Assembly: GCA_965662235.1 (NCBI GenBank)
Contig: CBFIGY010000008.1
Span: forward strand, 1-64,000
DNA length: 64,000 nt
Reading direction: 5' to 3'
DNA from: an uncultured bacterium
GTDB taxonomy: Bacteria; SAR324; NAC60-12
Shown: piece after piece, positions 49,358 through 58,877 of the stretch
How positions within the stretch are numbered: position 1 is the first letter of the stretch
How the letters are laid out: each line of letters begins with the position of its first letter
Translations under genes and position numbers: made by a program
The notes under the pieces: model-generated
Databases searched by the model: none
Seen by the model: only the letters and a program-made list of their open reading frames with translations
What the model was told of the DNA's origin: nothing

Positions 49358-49942
49358 TCATTCTGCCGAAGCCGCAGGTTTTGCGTCGTCTGGAGCTGGG
49401 GTCCAGCGTGCACGTTGCTGGTCCATCCAGTCGCCCAAAAAGAGCTGCTGAGCTTCCGGCATGGCGTACCGGGGTTCCAGAATGAACGGGTCGAGGTAGG
49501 GGGCCACCTGCAGCAAGAAGTGGTCACGCCAGCTCTGGGCCTTTTTCAGCCGGACGTCATAGACCAGGGTGCCCACTCCGATCTGGCGGTTGAACTCATA
49601 GTGCGCCATCTGGTATCCGGGCGCAACCACCGTCAGGGTCAAGCGCGAGGCCCGGAGGTCAAAACGTGTCCGGAAGGCGCCTTCGGCATCTGGGAGCACC
49701 AAGCGCGCCTGAGGAAGGAACCGAGGCGGCTCGCCGTCAAACTGAATGGGGGAGCGATGGGACTCCTGAATCACCACAAAGCTGGCGTGCTCCAGTGGCG
49801 CTCCCTGGTCCGTGCGGATGGTGCCCGAGACGGTTTCCGTTGTCCACCCGGGAGAGACGTGGACGGCCTGGGACCAGCAGCCACTCAGACCCAGTAGCAG
49901 GACCAGCATGAGTCCCATCATGCAAGGATGTCTTGTCATCAA
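49358..49942 (-). CDS. hypothetical lipoprotein with carboxypeptidase-regulatory-like beta-sandwich
   Basis: Lipobox LSGC; VSGTIRTDQGAPL, DAEGAF, VVAPGY pattern. Confidence 0.65.
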   Translation of the reverse strand: MMTRHPCMMGLMLVLLLGLSGCWSQAVHVSPGWTTETVSGTIRTDQGAPLEHASFVVIQESHRSPIQFDGEPPRFLPQARLVLPDAEGAFRTRFDLRASRLTLTVVAPGYQMAHYEFNRQIGVGTLVYDVRLKKAQSWRDHFLLQVAPYLDPFILEPRYAMPEAQQLFLGDWMDQQRARWTPAPDDAKPAASAE

Positions 49943-50014
49943 GCAGAGATCATGCTAATTGTTGGTCCTTTATTTTGAGCTGATGTTTCAAAATCGCAAC
50001 CTGAACGAGCCCCC

Positions 50015-50164
50015 ATGATCCCGGAAGAAGTCTTTTACCTGTTTATTTTCCCTTGGTTGTTGCTGATCGCCTCCATCCCCGGGAGTGTGATCTCCTACCT
50101 AGTGGCAGGGATTGTGGCCCAGCTGCTGAATTTCCTTCCTGAAAAAAAAGCCCCTGACGCCTGA
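50015..50164 (+). CDS. small hydrophobic membrane protein (49 aa, not in ORF track)
   Basis: MIPEEVFYLFIFPWLLLIASIPGSVISYLVAGIVAQLLNFLPEKKAPDA fills the gap before the downstream operon. Confidence 0.5.
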   Translation: MIPEEVFYLFIFPWLLLIASIPGSVISYLVAGIVAQLLNFLPEKKAPDA

Positions 50165-50197
50165 TTGCAGGCGTTTCTGTTGGTGCGGTGAGGACTC

Positions 50198-50596
50198 GTG
50201 AACCATTACCAAGGCATGATCAACGAGTTCCTCCACAACAGTGGCTATGTGGAGAAGGGGCGCGTCGGAGAGCAGGAGTGGTGGCTCGTCAACGGCTCCA
50301 TCAAGGTTCAGATCTTCCTGCACCCTCGTAAAGGCGACACGGACCTGATTGTCGCTGCGAACCTCCTCCGGTACGCTCGTTCCTTCCCTGAATTTGAAAA
50401 TTACCTGCTCCGACTCAACGGGAGCTTCCGGCTCCGAGGGGTGACCCTGGGGGTCCGTAACCACCACCTGGTTGCCAGCTACATCCGCCCGGTTGAAGGA
50501 CTGGATCCGGAGGAGTTGGAGTGGATCATCACCAGCGTGGCCCTGGTTGCCGATGAGTTGGATGACTTCCTAGTCAATCGCTTTCAACTCGAGTAA
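50198..50596 (+). CDS. YbjN / type III chaperone-like domain protein
   Basis: WWLVNGS; YLLRLN; RPVEGLDPEE; VALVADELDDFLVNRF; GAGGA RBS with GTG start. Confidence 0.75.
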   Translation: MNHYQGMINEFLHNSGYVEKGRVGEQEWWLVNGSIKVQIFLHPRKGDTDLIVAANLLRYARSFPEFENYLLRLNGSFRLRGVTLGVRNHHLVASYIRPVEGLDPEELEWIITSVALVADELDDFLVNRFQLE

Positions 50597-51546
50597 TGCC
50601 TCATCCTACCCCCCCATCGCTTCCGGTTCAGATTGTTCAAGGAAGCCTCCTGACGCTGCTGATTGTCCTGAACACCCTCTGGTGGGGAGGACTGATTCTG
50701 CTGTTTTCCCCCCTCAAGCTTTACCGTCATGACGCCTGGCGGCATCGCTTGGCCCTCATGTACAGCTCCTGGGCCCACAACTGGAGCTGGGACAACAGCT
50801 TCCTGTTGCGCAAGGCCCGCTTCCCTGAAGTAACGGTGACGGCCCCAGAGGGACTGAGCAAGGAGCGCTCGTACCTTGTCATGAGCAACCACGTTTCCAT
50901 GGCCGACATTCCGGTGGTGGAGTACGCCTGCATCAACCGCATCCCCTTCCGGAAGATCTTCATCAAGCATGAACTCATCTGGCTTCCCATTGTGGGGGCC
51001 GTCTGCTGGGTGCTGGATTTTCCATTCATGAAGCGGTACTCCAAGGAAAAGCTTAAGAAGAATCCGTCGCTGCGGGGAAAGGACCTGGAGACGACTCGGC
51101 GGAGCTGTGAAAAGCTCAAGGGCTACCCCAGCGCCATCCTCAGTTACGTGGAGGGCACCCGTTTCAGTGAGCGCAAGCGAGAATCGACTCACTCCCCTTA
51201 CCAGCACCTGCTCAAACCCAAGGTTGGCGGCGTGCTGACGGTTCTGGACTCCTTGGGGGACCACCTAGACGGCGTCCTCGACCTGACTCTGGTGTATCCG
51301 GACAATCCAACGCCTCCCACCTTCTGGCAACTGGTCAGCGGACAGGTCCCGCGGGTGGTGGTTCGCATGCGGCTGCTTCCGGTGCCGTTTCAGCATGCCG
51401 ATGAGCAGAGCCTAACCGACACGGAGCGGGTCCGGTACATCCGCAACTGGATCATGGGCATCTGGCGAGAAAAGGACGCGTTCATTGAAAGCCAGATTGC
51501 GGGTGACCTCACCGGCGACTCCACCCCGGTCCTCAAGGCCTCATGA
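50596..51546 (+). CDS. YihG-like lysophospholipid acyltransferase
   Basis: SNHVSMADI (HxxxxD); KHELIWLP; LDFPFMKRYS; EGTRF; YQHLLKPKVGG. Confidence 0.9.
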   Translation: MPHPTPPSLPVQIVQGSLLTLLIVLNTLWWGGLILLFSPLKLYRHDAWRHRLALMYSSWAHNWSWDNSFLLRKARFPEVTVTAPEGLSKERSYLVMSNHVSMADIPVVEYACINRIPFRKIFIKHELIWLPIVGAVCWVLDFPFMKRYSKEKLKKNPSLRGKDLETTRRSCEKLKGYPSAILSYVEGTRFSERKRESTHSPYQHLLKPKVGGVLTVLDSLGDHLDGVLDLTLVYPDNPTPPTFWQLVSGQVPRVVVRMRLLPVPFQHADEQSLTDTERVRYIRNWIMGIWREKDAFIESQIAGDLTGDSTPVLKAS

Positions 51547-52025
51547 TCTTCTTCCAGACGTACGACTCTCCTTTAGGACGAATGGTGCTTCAGGAAGACA
51601 ACGGCTTCCTCATTCGTGTGGACTTTGACAGCGAGCGCCTCCGGATTCCGGAAGGGGCCGTGAAGCAGGAGTCCCTTGTTCTACGAGAGGCAATTCGTCA
51701 GCTGACTCAGTACTTTCAGGGCACCCGGACCTCGTTTCAACTCCCTCTGGACCCGCACGGGACGGCCTTCCAGCAACGGGCCTGGAAGGCGCTGCAGGAG
51801 ATTCCGTTTGGAGAAACCCGCAGCTACCAGGAGCAGGCAATTCGGGTGGGAGGAAAGAACTACACCCGTGCTGTCGGAGGCGCAAACCGCCGAAATCCCA
51901 TCTCCATCATCATTCCCTGCCACCGGGTGATTGGTAAAAACGGGGCCCTGACCGGCTTTGGTAGCGGACTCGACCGCAAGCAGGCCTTGCTCGATCTGGA
52001 GCAGGCCACCTCCCCTTCCTCCTGA
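51543..52025 (+). CDS. ogt: methylated-DNA--protein-cysteine methyltransferase
   Basis: GTAFQQRAW; RAVGGAN; IPCHRV active site. Confidence 0.95.
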   Translation: MIFFQTYDSPLGRMVLQEDNGFLIRVDFDSERLRIPEGAVKQESLVLREAIRQLTQYFQGTRTSFQLPLDPHGTAFQQRAWKALQEIPFGETRSYQEQAIRVGGKNYTRAVGGANRRNPISIIIPCHRVIGKNGALTGFGSGLDRKQALLDLEQATSPSS

Positions 52026-52081
52026 CCGCCTCTGCGGCTCCGTCTCCTCGTTGTCCCTGAACTCCTGCTCCTTCCTTTCTC

Positions 52082-53428
52082 TCAAATCCGCTGTTCCTGG
52101 CGAAGCTTCTTCAGGTGAGAAGTGATGTTATGACGAGCCAGAGGCAACAGACGAGCATCCAGACCCGGGTAAACCTGATGGAGGATGGCTTCTTCGGAGT
52201 GACCCGCTTGATGGAGGGACAGCAGGGTGGCTTCCCGCTCTTGCCGATGCTTGAGGGTGGCCTGAAGCCGGAAGGTGCTCCGCATCAGCAATCCGTGTGA
52301 GGGAAGAATCACAGCGGGATCCAGCGCAATGACCCGCTCTAGGGTCCGGAAGTAAGCGGCCATGTCTCCTTCCGGCTCCCGAATGACCACTGTTCCAACT
52401 CCTTGAATTAAGTCTCCCACCAAAAACCAACGCAGAGACTCCGGTGCAAGCGCCAGCTGTCCTGCGTCATGCCCCGGCACTTCATACACCTGCACCGACT
52501 CTTCCTTCCAGCGGGTCACCGTGTCGCCTTCCTTGAAGTGGATGAGGGAGCACCCTGAGAAGTAGTCCGTCCCCTGCTGTTGCTCAATGCGGGCCTGGGT
52601 ATCTAAGCTGAGACCAATCGGCACCTGAAGGGCACGGGCCAGTTCAGGAGCAAACTGATGATGGTCTGGATGGTGGTGCGTCAGGAAGACCAGAGACACG
52701 GTTTCTCCTTCCAGAGTCCGTAGGAGGCGTTCGAGGACTTCCGGAGACTTGGGAGACGGATCGACAAGCACCGTGGGGGCAGCGGCATCACCAATCAGGA
52801 AAGCGTTGGTGCGATCGGCAGGAGGAAGCGTGTTGGAGGGCACCGCCAGTTGCTGAATGCCCTGAAGCGGTTCCAGCTTGGGAACCAGGCGCTCCTCATC
52901 GTACTGCGGAGACAGGTCTCCTAGGCCTGTAGCCTCCGGACGTTCGGCAAGCGCTTGCAGCACCCAACGCATCGGGGGCACCATCAGGGAATCCCCTTGA
53001 GCAAAGCGCTCCAGCAACGCCTCCGGAGTTGCCCAGATCGTGTCACTGAACTCCCCCACATCCGGAGTGAAGGTGGGCCGAGCCTTCAGGTCAATCCGGA
53101 AGAAGTGCAGGCGGAACCGCACGGGCATCAATGCAGGGGCCAAAGCCGTTGCGAGGTAACTCACCGCTGTTACCAATCCGGACTCACCTCCCTCTGGCAA
53201 GGAAAACGCCAGCTCCTCTTCAATCTCCCGCACCAGGGCATTTCCTTCGGCAACTGGACGTTCCTGGAGCCCTGTCCACGTCCGTGGCCCTTCCCCATCA
53301 CTTCGGTCAATCTTTCCCCCAGGAAAGGAATCATAGCCCGGAAAGGCATCGAGGTGCGACTGTCGTCGGACCGAAAACACTTCTCCGCCCTGACAGAACA
53401 CGGCAGCGACTGAGTCAATGATCTTCAT
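52082..53428 (-). CDS. Nudix-like plus LACTB2-like MBL-fold fusion protein
   Basis: FPGGKID...ALVREIEEE Nudix box with insertion; THHHPDH; PGH; GD; PSHG. Confidence 0.85.
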   Translation of the reverse strand: MKIIDSVAAVFCQGGEVFSVRRQSHLDAFPGYDSFPGGKIDRSDGEGPRTWTGLQERPVAEGNALVREIEEELAFSLPEGGESGLVTAVSYLATALAPALMPVRFRLHFFRIDLKARPTFTPDVGEFSDTIWATPEALLERFAQGDSLMVPPMRWVLQALAERPEATGLGDLSPQYDEERLVPKLEPLQGIQQLAVPSNTLPPADRTNAFLIGDAAAPTVLVDPSPKSPEVLERLLRTLEGETVSLVFLTHHHPDHHQFAPELARALQVPIGLSLDTQARIEQQQGTDYFSGCSLIHFKEGDTVTRWKEESVQVYEVPGHDAGQLALAPESLRWFLVGDLIQGVGTVVIREPEGDMAAYFRTLERVIALDPAVILPSHGLLMRSTFRLQATLKHRQEREATLLSLHQAGHSEEAILHQVYPGLDARLLPLARHNITSHLKKLRQEQRI

Positions 53429-53436
53429 GAGGTCCC

Positions 53437-54354
53437 TTAATGAAGACGAATTCGGGGGTCAATCCAGGCATACAGAATGTCCACCAGGGCGTTGAGAACA
53501 ATCACCAGCAGTCCATAAAGCAGGTACACGCCCATGACCACCGGATAGTCTCGGTTGCTGATGCTGGTGATGAAGTAGCTTCCCAGCCCAGGGATGGCAA
53601 AAATCTGCTCCACCACTAGGGTTCCGGTGAGGGTGTAGGCGAAGAGGGGGCCGAACACCGTCAGCACCGGAAGCAGAGCGTTCTTCAGCACATGCCGGAA
53701 CATGACGGTAAATTCAGAAAGCCCCTTGGCACGGGCGGTCCGGACAAAATCGTCCCGGATGACCTGGAGCATGCTGGAGCGCGTCAGGCGAGCGATCAGT
53801 GCTGCTGAGCTCAGACCGAGCGCAATCGTCGGGAGGATCTTGGAGTCCCAGCTGGTCCAACGTGCAATCGGCAGCCACTTCAGGTAGAGCCCAAAGGTCA
53901 GGGCCAGTAAAGGAGCCAGCGCAATGTTGGGAATGCTCCGCCCGACAATGGCAATGAAGCTGGCCAGGTAGTCTGGAGCCCGGTTGTGGTAGTAGGCGGC
54001 CACGACCCCAAGCGGCAGGCCCAGCACCAGCGCCAGCAGCATGGAATACGCCCCGAGTTCTGCTGAAACCGGCACCCGCGTCAGAATCAACTCACTCACG
54101 GGCAGGTCCCGCTGCGAGTAGCTCACCCCGAGGTCCCCCCGGACGGCGTTCCAGAGGTAGTTCAGGAACTGCTGCCAGGGCGGGAGGTCGAGCCCATAGT
54201 AGGCTTCAATGTTCTTGATGATCTCAGGCGGCAGGCTCTTTTCGGTGTCAAAAGGCCCCCCCGGAAGCGCCCGGAGCAGGAAGAACACCAGCAGAGCCAC
54301 CACCAGCATGGAAACGGCTCCACTGAGAAAGCGACGGATCAGAAACGTAATCAT
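53437..54354 (-). CDS. oppB: oligopeptide ABC transporter permease (OppB-like), orphan
   Basis: PGGPFD; GDLGVSY; ARLTRSSM; FVRTARAKGL; VEQIFAIPGLG; DILYAWIDPRI. Confidence 0.88.
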   Translation of the reverse strand: MITFLIRRFLSGAVSMLVVALLVFFLLRALPGGPFDTEKSLPPEIIKNIEAYYGLDLPPWQQFLNYLWNAVRGDLGVSYSQRDLPVSELILTRVPVSAELGAYSMLLALVLGLPLGVVAAYYHNRAPDYLASFIAIVGRSIPNIALAPLLALTFGLYLKWLPIARWTSWDSKILPTIALGLSSAALIARLTRSSMLQVIRDDFVRTARAKGLSEFTVMFRHVLKNALLPVLTVFGPLFAYTLTGTLVVEQIFAIPGLGSYFITSISNRDYPVVMGVYLLYGLLVIVLNALVDILYAWIDPRIRLH

Positions 54355-54381
54355 GGGCAACTCATGCAAACAGTCGAAGGT

Positions 54382-55248
54382 TCACCATTCCTCATGTTCT
54401 CGGAGGAAGACCGCAAAGCGAGGCAGGCCGTGACGGGTCCGTCCGGAGTACCGGAACTCCACCGTGCTGCCCACCGGAGGCGGAACTTCCCGCTCCGCAT
54501 CGCTGAAACCGGTTCCCAAGCGAAACACGGCTCCGTCTGGAAGCTGAACCTCCAGGGAGCCCAGGCGCCCGGTGTGCTTTCCCTTTCCCGGAAGGTGCCG
54601 TAGCACCACGGCCTCTCCTTCCTCATAAGGCTTGACCTTCAGCCAGTCCTGGCTGCGTCCGGACGTGTAGCGTGACTGAGGGCGCCGCAGCACCAGTCCT
54701 TCCCCTCCTTGACGCTGCAGGGCCTCCAAGCGGACCTGAAGTTCCGCCTCGGTCTGCAGACGCTCCTGAGGCACCGGTGTGACATGCGCCGGAAGCGTCC
54801 ACTGCCGGAGGGCTTCCCAGCGCAGCTCCAAGGCTCCTGGAACCTCAGGCGCGTCAAAGACCCAAAACCGCACCTCTTTCCAGCCGGGGCCGGGAACCTG
54901 ATCTCGGACAATGCTGAGGGTCCGGGCGAACTGTCCCCGCCCAACCCACAACTCCCCATCAAGAGGAACCTGAGGAAGGTCGGCCGTGAACCAGTCTGGA
55001 GCCTCAATGCGGTGGCCATTTCGGGTTTGCAGCTCCGAACCGGTCCAGAGGGCCCGGATGCCGTCAAATTTTTCACTCACCCACCAGCCTGAGACGGATT
55101 GTCCCGGTTTCCAGGTGGAGACCAGCATCAGAGGACGAGACCGTGAAACCGACGGGGCCGGCACAGAAGGGGGTTGCGTGAAAGCAGGGGGCGGGACCAC
55201 CGGGAGCAGCAACAGGACGCTCCCGGGCAGCAAGTACTTGGCAGACAT
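54382..55248 (-). CDS. minimal ATP-dependent DNA ligase with N-terminal leader (LigE-type)
   Basis: GAGGTGG RBS then MSAKYLL...hydrophobic leader; SEKFDGIRA (KxDG); DGELW; FDAP; EGLVLR; LKVK; OB domain LGTGFSD. Confidence 0.88.
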   Translation of the reverse strand: MSAKYLLPGSVLLLLPVVPPPAFTQPPSVPAPSVSRSRPLMLVSTWKPGQSVSGWWVSEKFDGIRALWTGSELQTRNGHRIEAPDWFTADLPQVPLDGELWVGRGQFARTLSIVRDQVPGPGWKEVRFWVFDAPEVPGALELRWEALRQWTLPAHVTPVPQERLQTEAELQVRLEALQRQGGEGLVLRRPQSRYTSGRSQDWLKVKPYEEGEAVVLRHLPGKGKHTGRLGSLEVQLPDGAVFRLGTGFSDAEREVPPPVGSTVEFRYSGRTRHGLPRFAVFLREHEEW

Positions 55249-55321
55249 AACCACCTCGACACAGAGCACGCGTGTGCGTGAGTCAACGGCGGGAAGTTCA
55301 TGCGGGACGTCAGGAGGCCAC

Positions 55322-57997
55322 TCAGCTGGCCAGCTTCTCCAGCTCCTGAATCTGCTGACGGAGCGCCTCCACGGTTCGTTCAGCCTGGGCGGTTTTCTCC
55401 CGAAGCTCTGAGACCACCGCCTCCGGAGCTTTGGCGAGGAAGCCTTCGTTGTGGAGCTTCTTGTTGCTCTTTTCCACAAACCCTGCCTCGGCCCGGAGCT
55501 TCTTCTGCAGCGTTTCAATCTCCTTGCTCCAGTCGACTGCTGAGGCGTCAATCCGGGCCAGGACCTCGCTGAAGTAAGCGGCAAGGGCGTCGCTTCCGGG
55601 AGTCGGCTCCACGGCCTGGACGTTCAGTTCGCTCAGGCGGGCCAAGCGGACAATGAGCGTCTGATGCGTCTGAAACAGGTCGGCATGCTGGGCAGAGTCG
55701 AGGCTTGCGGCAATTTTTTTATCAAGCCCCAGATTCGCTTTGTCGCGCAGAGCCCGGATTTGGGAAATCGACTCCTTGACCAGCTCAATGCGGGCGTGTG
55801 CCTCAGGGAAGACGTGCTGCGGTTGCGAACTCGGGAACGGAGCCACGGCGAGCATCTGTTCCTGTCCAAACTGCGACCACAGAGCCTCGGTCACAAACGG
55901 CACATACGGATGCAGCAGCTTGAGGAAGGTGGTGTAGGCATAGGCCAGCACCTGGTTGTCCTCATCGCTGCGCTGCGGATTCTTGTCCATCTCCAGGTAC
56001 CAGTCGCAGAACTCGCCCCAGAAGAACCCCCGGAGCGTGTCGATGACCTCAGAAAGCCGATAGGTGCTCAGGCTCTGCTGAACGGTCTCGACGGTCTGGT
56101 TGAGGCCATGCAGCAGCCACTGCGCCAGTTCCGACTGCACCGTTTGTGGTGGCGTGATCGGAGTTCCCGCAGGAACCGTCATGAGGATGTAGCGCCCAGC
56201 GTTCCAGATCTTGTTGGCGAAGCGTCGGCAGGCCTCCAGTTTTTCCGGGTAGAGCCGTAGGTCCTGTCCGGGACCGGTGCCGAGGATGAGTGCCAGCCGA
56301 AGCGCATCGGCGCCGTAGGCCTCAATGCTCTCCAGAGGATCAATCGCCGTAGAGGGGTCGGACTTAGACATCTTGCGTCCCTCTCGGGTCCGGACCAGTC
56401 CATGAAGGTAGACCGTCTGGAACGGGACCTCGCCGATCATGTAGGTGGTCATCAGGATCATCCGAGCCACCCAGAAGAAGAGGATGTCGTACCCCGTTTC
56501 CATCACCTGAGTGGGGTGGAACTTCCGGAAGTCGGGGCTGCGTTCCAGGATCTGCTCAAAGGAAAGGCTGTGATCCTGTGCCAGTTCCGGATCCACCAGA
56601 GTGCTCCAGGTCCAGAGGGCGGAGGAGAACCAAGTGTCGAGCGTGTCCGGATCCTGAGTCCAGCCGGCTCCTGCTGGAGCTTGGGTGGCAATGTGGGTTT
56701 GGTCGCCTTGATAGAACGCCGGGATGCGGTGTCCCCACCAGATCTGCCGGCTGATGCACCAGTCCCGCAGGTTTTCCACCCAGTGGAAGTAGGTGGCATT
56801 GAACCGGTCAGGCACCAGCTGGATGTCTCCGGAGCGGACGACTTCAATGAGGATCTCCCGGAGGGAGCGGTGCTCGCCTTGCCAAGGCACGACCTCCTTG
56901 TTGACGTCAATGAACCACTGCTCGCGGATCTGAGGTTCAATTGCGCCTCCGCCTCGGCTGTTGAAGGCCTTGGCGTGGGTGTACTGCTCATCGACCTTGA
57001 CCAGCAGGCCTTTTTGTCGGAGCTTCTCCACAATCCGGGGGCGTGCCTCGTCAATGGGCAGGCCTGCAAATTCCTGAGCCACAGGCAGGAGCTTGCCGTC
57101 AAAGTCGATGATGGGCTCCTTGTCGAGCCCGTGACGTTCGGCAATTTCAAAGTCGGTGTGGTCGTGCCACGGGGTGATCGTCATCACTCCAGTGCCAAAC
57201 TCCGGATCAATGGCTTCATCCTTGATGACGGTGGCCGTGATGCGTCCGTTGATCCACTCGCACTCAAAGGTGTCGCCGTGCTGATAATCCTGATACCGCG
57301 GATCCTCAGGGTGCATGACCACGTACTTGTCGCCAAACTTGGTCTCAGGACGGACGGTTCCGATCTGGAAGGGGCCATACTGGAAGGTGTAGAACGGCGA
57401 CTGAACCTCCTTACGGTCCACTTCATCATCTGAAACGTTGGTCTTGAGGTTCGGGTCCCAGTTGACAATCCGCGGACCTCGGTAGATGAGGCCATCCTGA
57501 TACATGCGGACAAAGGTCTCATTGACGCACCGGTTCAGCGCTGGATCCATTGTGTACCGTTCTCGGGACCAGTCACAGCTGGACCCCATCGCTTTGACCT
57601 GGTTCCGGATGGTGCCGCGCGAGCTCTCCACGTAGTCTGCAATGCGCCGCAGCACCTCTTCTCGTCCCAGTGTGGCCCGGGGATCGGCAATGCCGTCTTG
57701 CTCCTGGATTTGCTTCAGGACCACGTTTTCAGTCGCAATCGCCGCATGATCCGTTCCCGGAAGCCACAGGGCCTCGTCGCCGCACATCCGTCTCCAGCGG
57801 ATGATGATGTCCTCCAGCGCCAGCATCACCGCGTGACCGACATGCAGCTGTCCCGTTGCATTGGGAGGTGGCATGGAGATGGTGAAGGGCGCCTTCTCCG
57901 ATTGAGAGTCGACGCGGAAGAGCTGGCGGGCTTCCCACTCGGCGGCAATTTGGGCTTCAAAGGACTGCGGTTCGTAGGCTTTGGGTAGGTCGGTCAT
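55322..57997 (-). CDS. valS: valine--tRNA ligase
   Basis: PPPNATGQLHVGH; GTDHAAIAT; DWCISRQIWWGH; KMSKS; C-terminal coiled coil. Confidence 0.97.
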   Translation of the reverse strand: MTDLPKAYEPQSFEAQIAAEWEARQLFRVDSQSEKAPFTISMPPPNATGQLHVGHAVMLALEDIIIRWRRMCGDEALWLPGTDHAAIATENVVLKQIQEQDGIADPRATLGREEVLRRIADYVESSRGTIRNQVKAMGSSCDWSRERYTMDPALNRCVNETFVRMYQDGLIYRGPRIVNWDPNLKTNVSDDEVDRKEVQSPFYTFQYGPFQIGTVRPETKFGDKYVVMHPEDPRYQDYQHGDTFECEWINGRITATVIKDEAIDPEFGTGVMTITPWHDHTDFEIAERHGLDKEPIIDFDGKLLPVAQEFAGLPIDEARPRIVEKLRQKGLLVKVDEQYTHAKAFNSRGGGAIEPQIREQWFIDVNKEVVPWQGEHRSLREILIEVVRSGDIQLVPDRFNATYFHWVENLRDWCISRQIWWGHRIPAFYQGDQTHIATQAPAGAGWTQDPDTLDTWFSSALWTWSTLVDPELAQDHSLSFEQILERSPDFRKFHPTQVMETGYDILFFWVARMILMTTYMIGEVPFQTVYLHGLVRTREGRKMSKSDPSTAIDPLESIEAYGADALRLALILGTGPGQDLRLYPEKLEACRRFANKIWNAGRYILMTVPAGTPITPPQTVQSELAQWLLHGLNQTVETVQQSLSTYRLSEVIDTLRGFFWGEFCDWYLEMDKNPQRSDEDNQVLAYAYTTFLKLLHPYVPFVTEALWSQFGQEQMLAVAPFPSSQPQHVFPEAHARIELVKESISQIRALRDKANLGLDKKIAASLDSAQHADLFQTHQTLIVRLARLSELNVQAVEPTPGSDALAAYFSEVLARIDASAVDWSKEIETLQKKLRAEAGFVEKSNKKLHNEGFLAKAPEAVVSELREKTAQAERTVEALRQQIQELEKLAS

Positions 57998-58056
57998 GAA
58001 TTCTGCGCGCCCGGAGGACGAATGAGGGGGTTAAGAAACAAGTAAAGCGGAGGTGG

Positions 58057-58791
58057 TCACAGCACGTGCTCGAGGCCGTAGATCAGCTCCTGAACCGTCA
58101 GGGCCTTTTTGCAGGCCAAGCAGACGCCTGGCATGAAGGATTCGCGGTGCAGGGAATCGTGACGGAGGGTCAGGGACTCGCTTTTGCCACCAAAGATCAC
58201 CTCCTGGTGAGCGACAAAGCCTGGGAGCCGCACCGAATGAACCGGGATGCCCTGAACCTGTGCCCCGCGGGCTCCGGCATAAAGCTCCTGCTCTTCCAGC
58301 GGAGCCGGAACCTCCTGACGGGCAGCGGCAATGAGGGCAGCGGTCTTGACGGCGGTTCCAGAAGGGGCGTCTGCCTTGCGGTCGTGGTGCAGCTCGAGGA
58401 TTTCTACATGCGGAAGGTACCTAGCGGCCTCAGCGGCAAACTTCATCATCAGCACGGCACCAATGGCAAAGTTGGGGGCAATGATGCCTCCCAGTCCCTG
58501 TTGCTGACAGAAGGCTTGCAGCTCCGTGACCTGTTCCGGAGTCAAACCGCTGGTGCCAATCACCGGACGGACCCCCGCTTCGAGGATCGCCCGCGTGTTG
58601 GCATACGCGACTTCTGCAGTGGTGAAGTCGACGGCCACCTGCGCCTGAGTGGCCTTAAGGGCGGCCCCGAGGTCGTCCCCGAGGTCGGTGGTGCCCACCA
58701 GTTCCAGCTCCGGATCTGCTGAGACGGCCTGAGTGGCCTCTTGTCCCATGCGTCCCTGAGCACCATTGATTAAAACACGAAGAGCCGGCAT
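58057..58791 (-). CDS. dapB: 4-hydroxy-tetrahydrodipicolinate reductase
   Basis: GAQGRMG; DFT; GTSG; APNFAIG; ELHHDRKADAPSGTA; HSVRLPG. Confidence 0.95.
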   Translation of the reverse strand: MPALRVLINGAQGRMGQEATQAVSADPELELVGTTDLGDDLGAALKATQAQVAVDFTTAEVAYANTRAILEAGVRPVIGTSGLTPEQVTELQAFCQQQGLGGIIAPNFAIGAVLMMKFAAEAARYLPHVEILELHHDRKADAPSGTAVKTAALIAAARQEVPAPLEEQELYAGARGAQVQGIPVHSVRLPGFVAHQEVIFGGKSESLTLRHDSLHRESFMPGVCLACKKALTVQELIYGLEHVL

Positions 58792-58877
58792 TGAAGCATT
58801 TGCTGAAGGTCCAAAGATTCGCTATAAAGGTGTTGAAACTAGGAGAATCCCTAACGAAACTCAAGACAATCACCACG

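Noticed and set aside
55249..55584. N-terminal 112 aa of the 400-aa ligase ORF
   Set aside because: Overlaps the valS 3' end in another frame; a better RBS and start exist at 55248.
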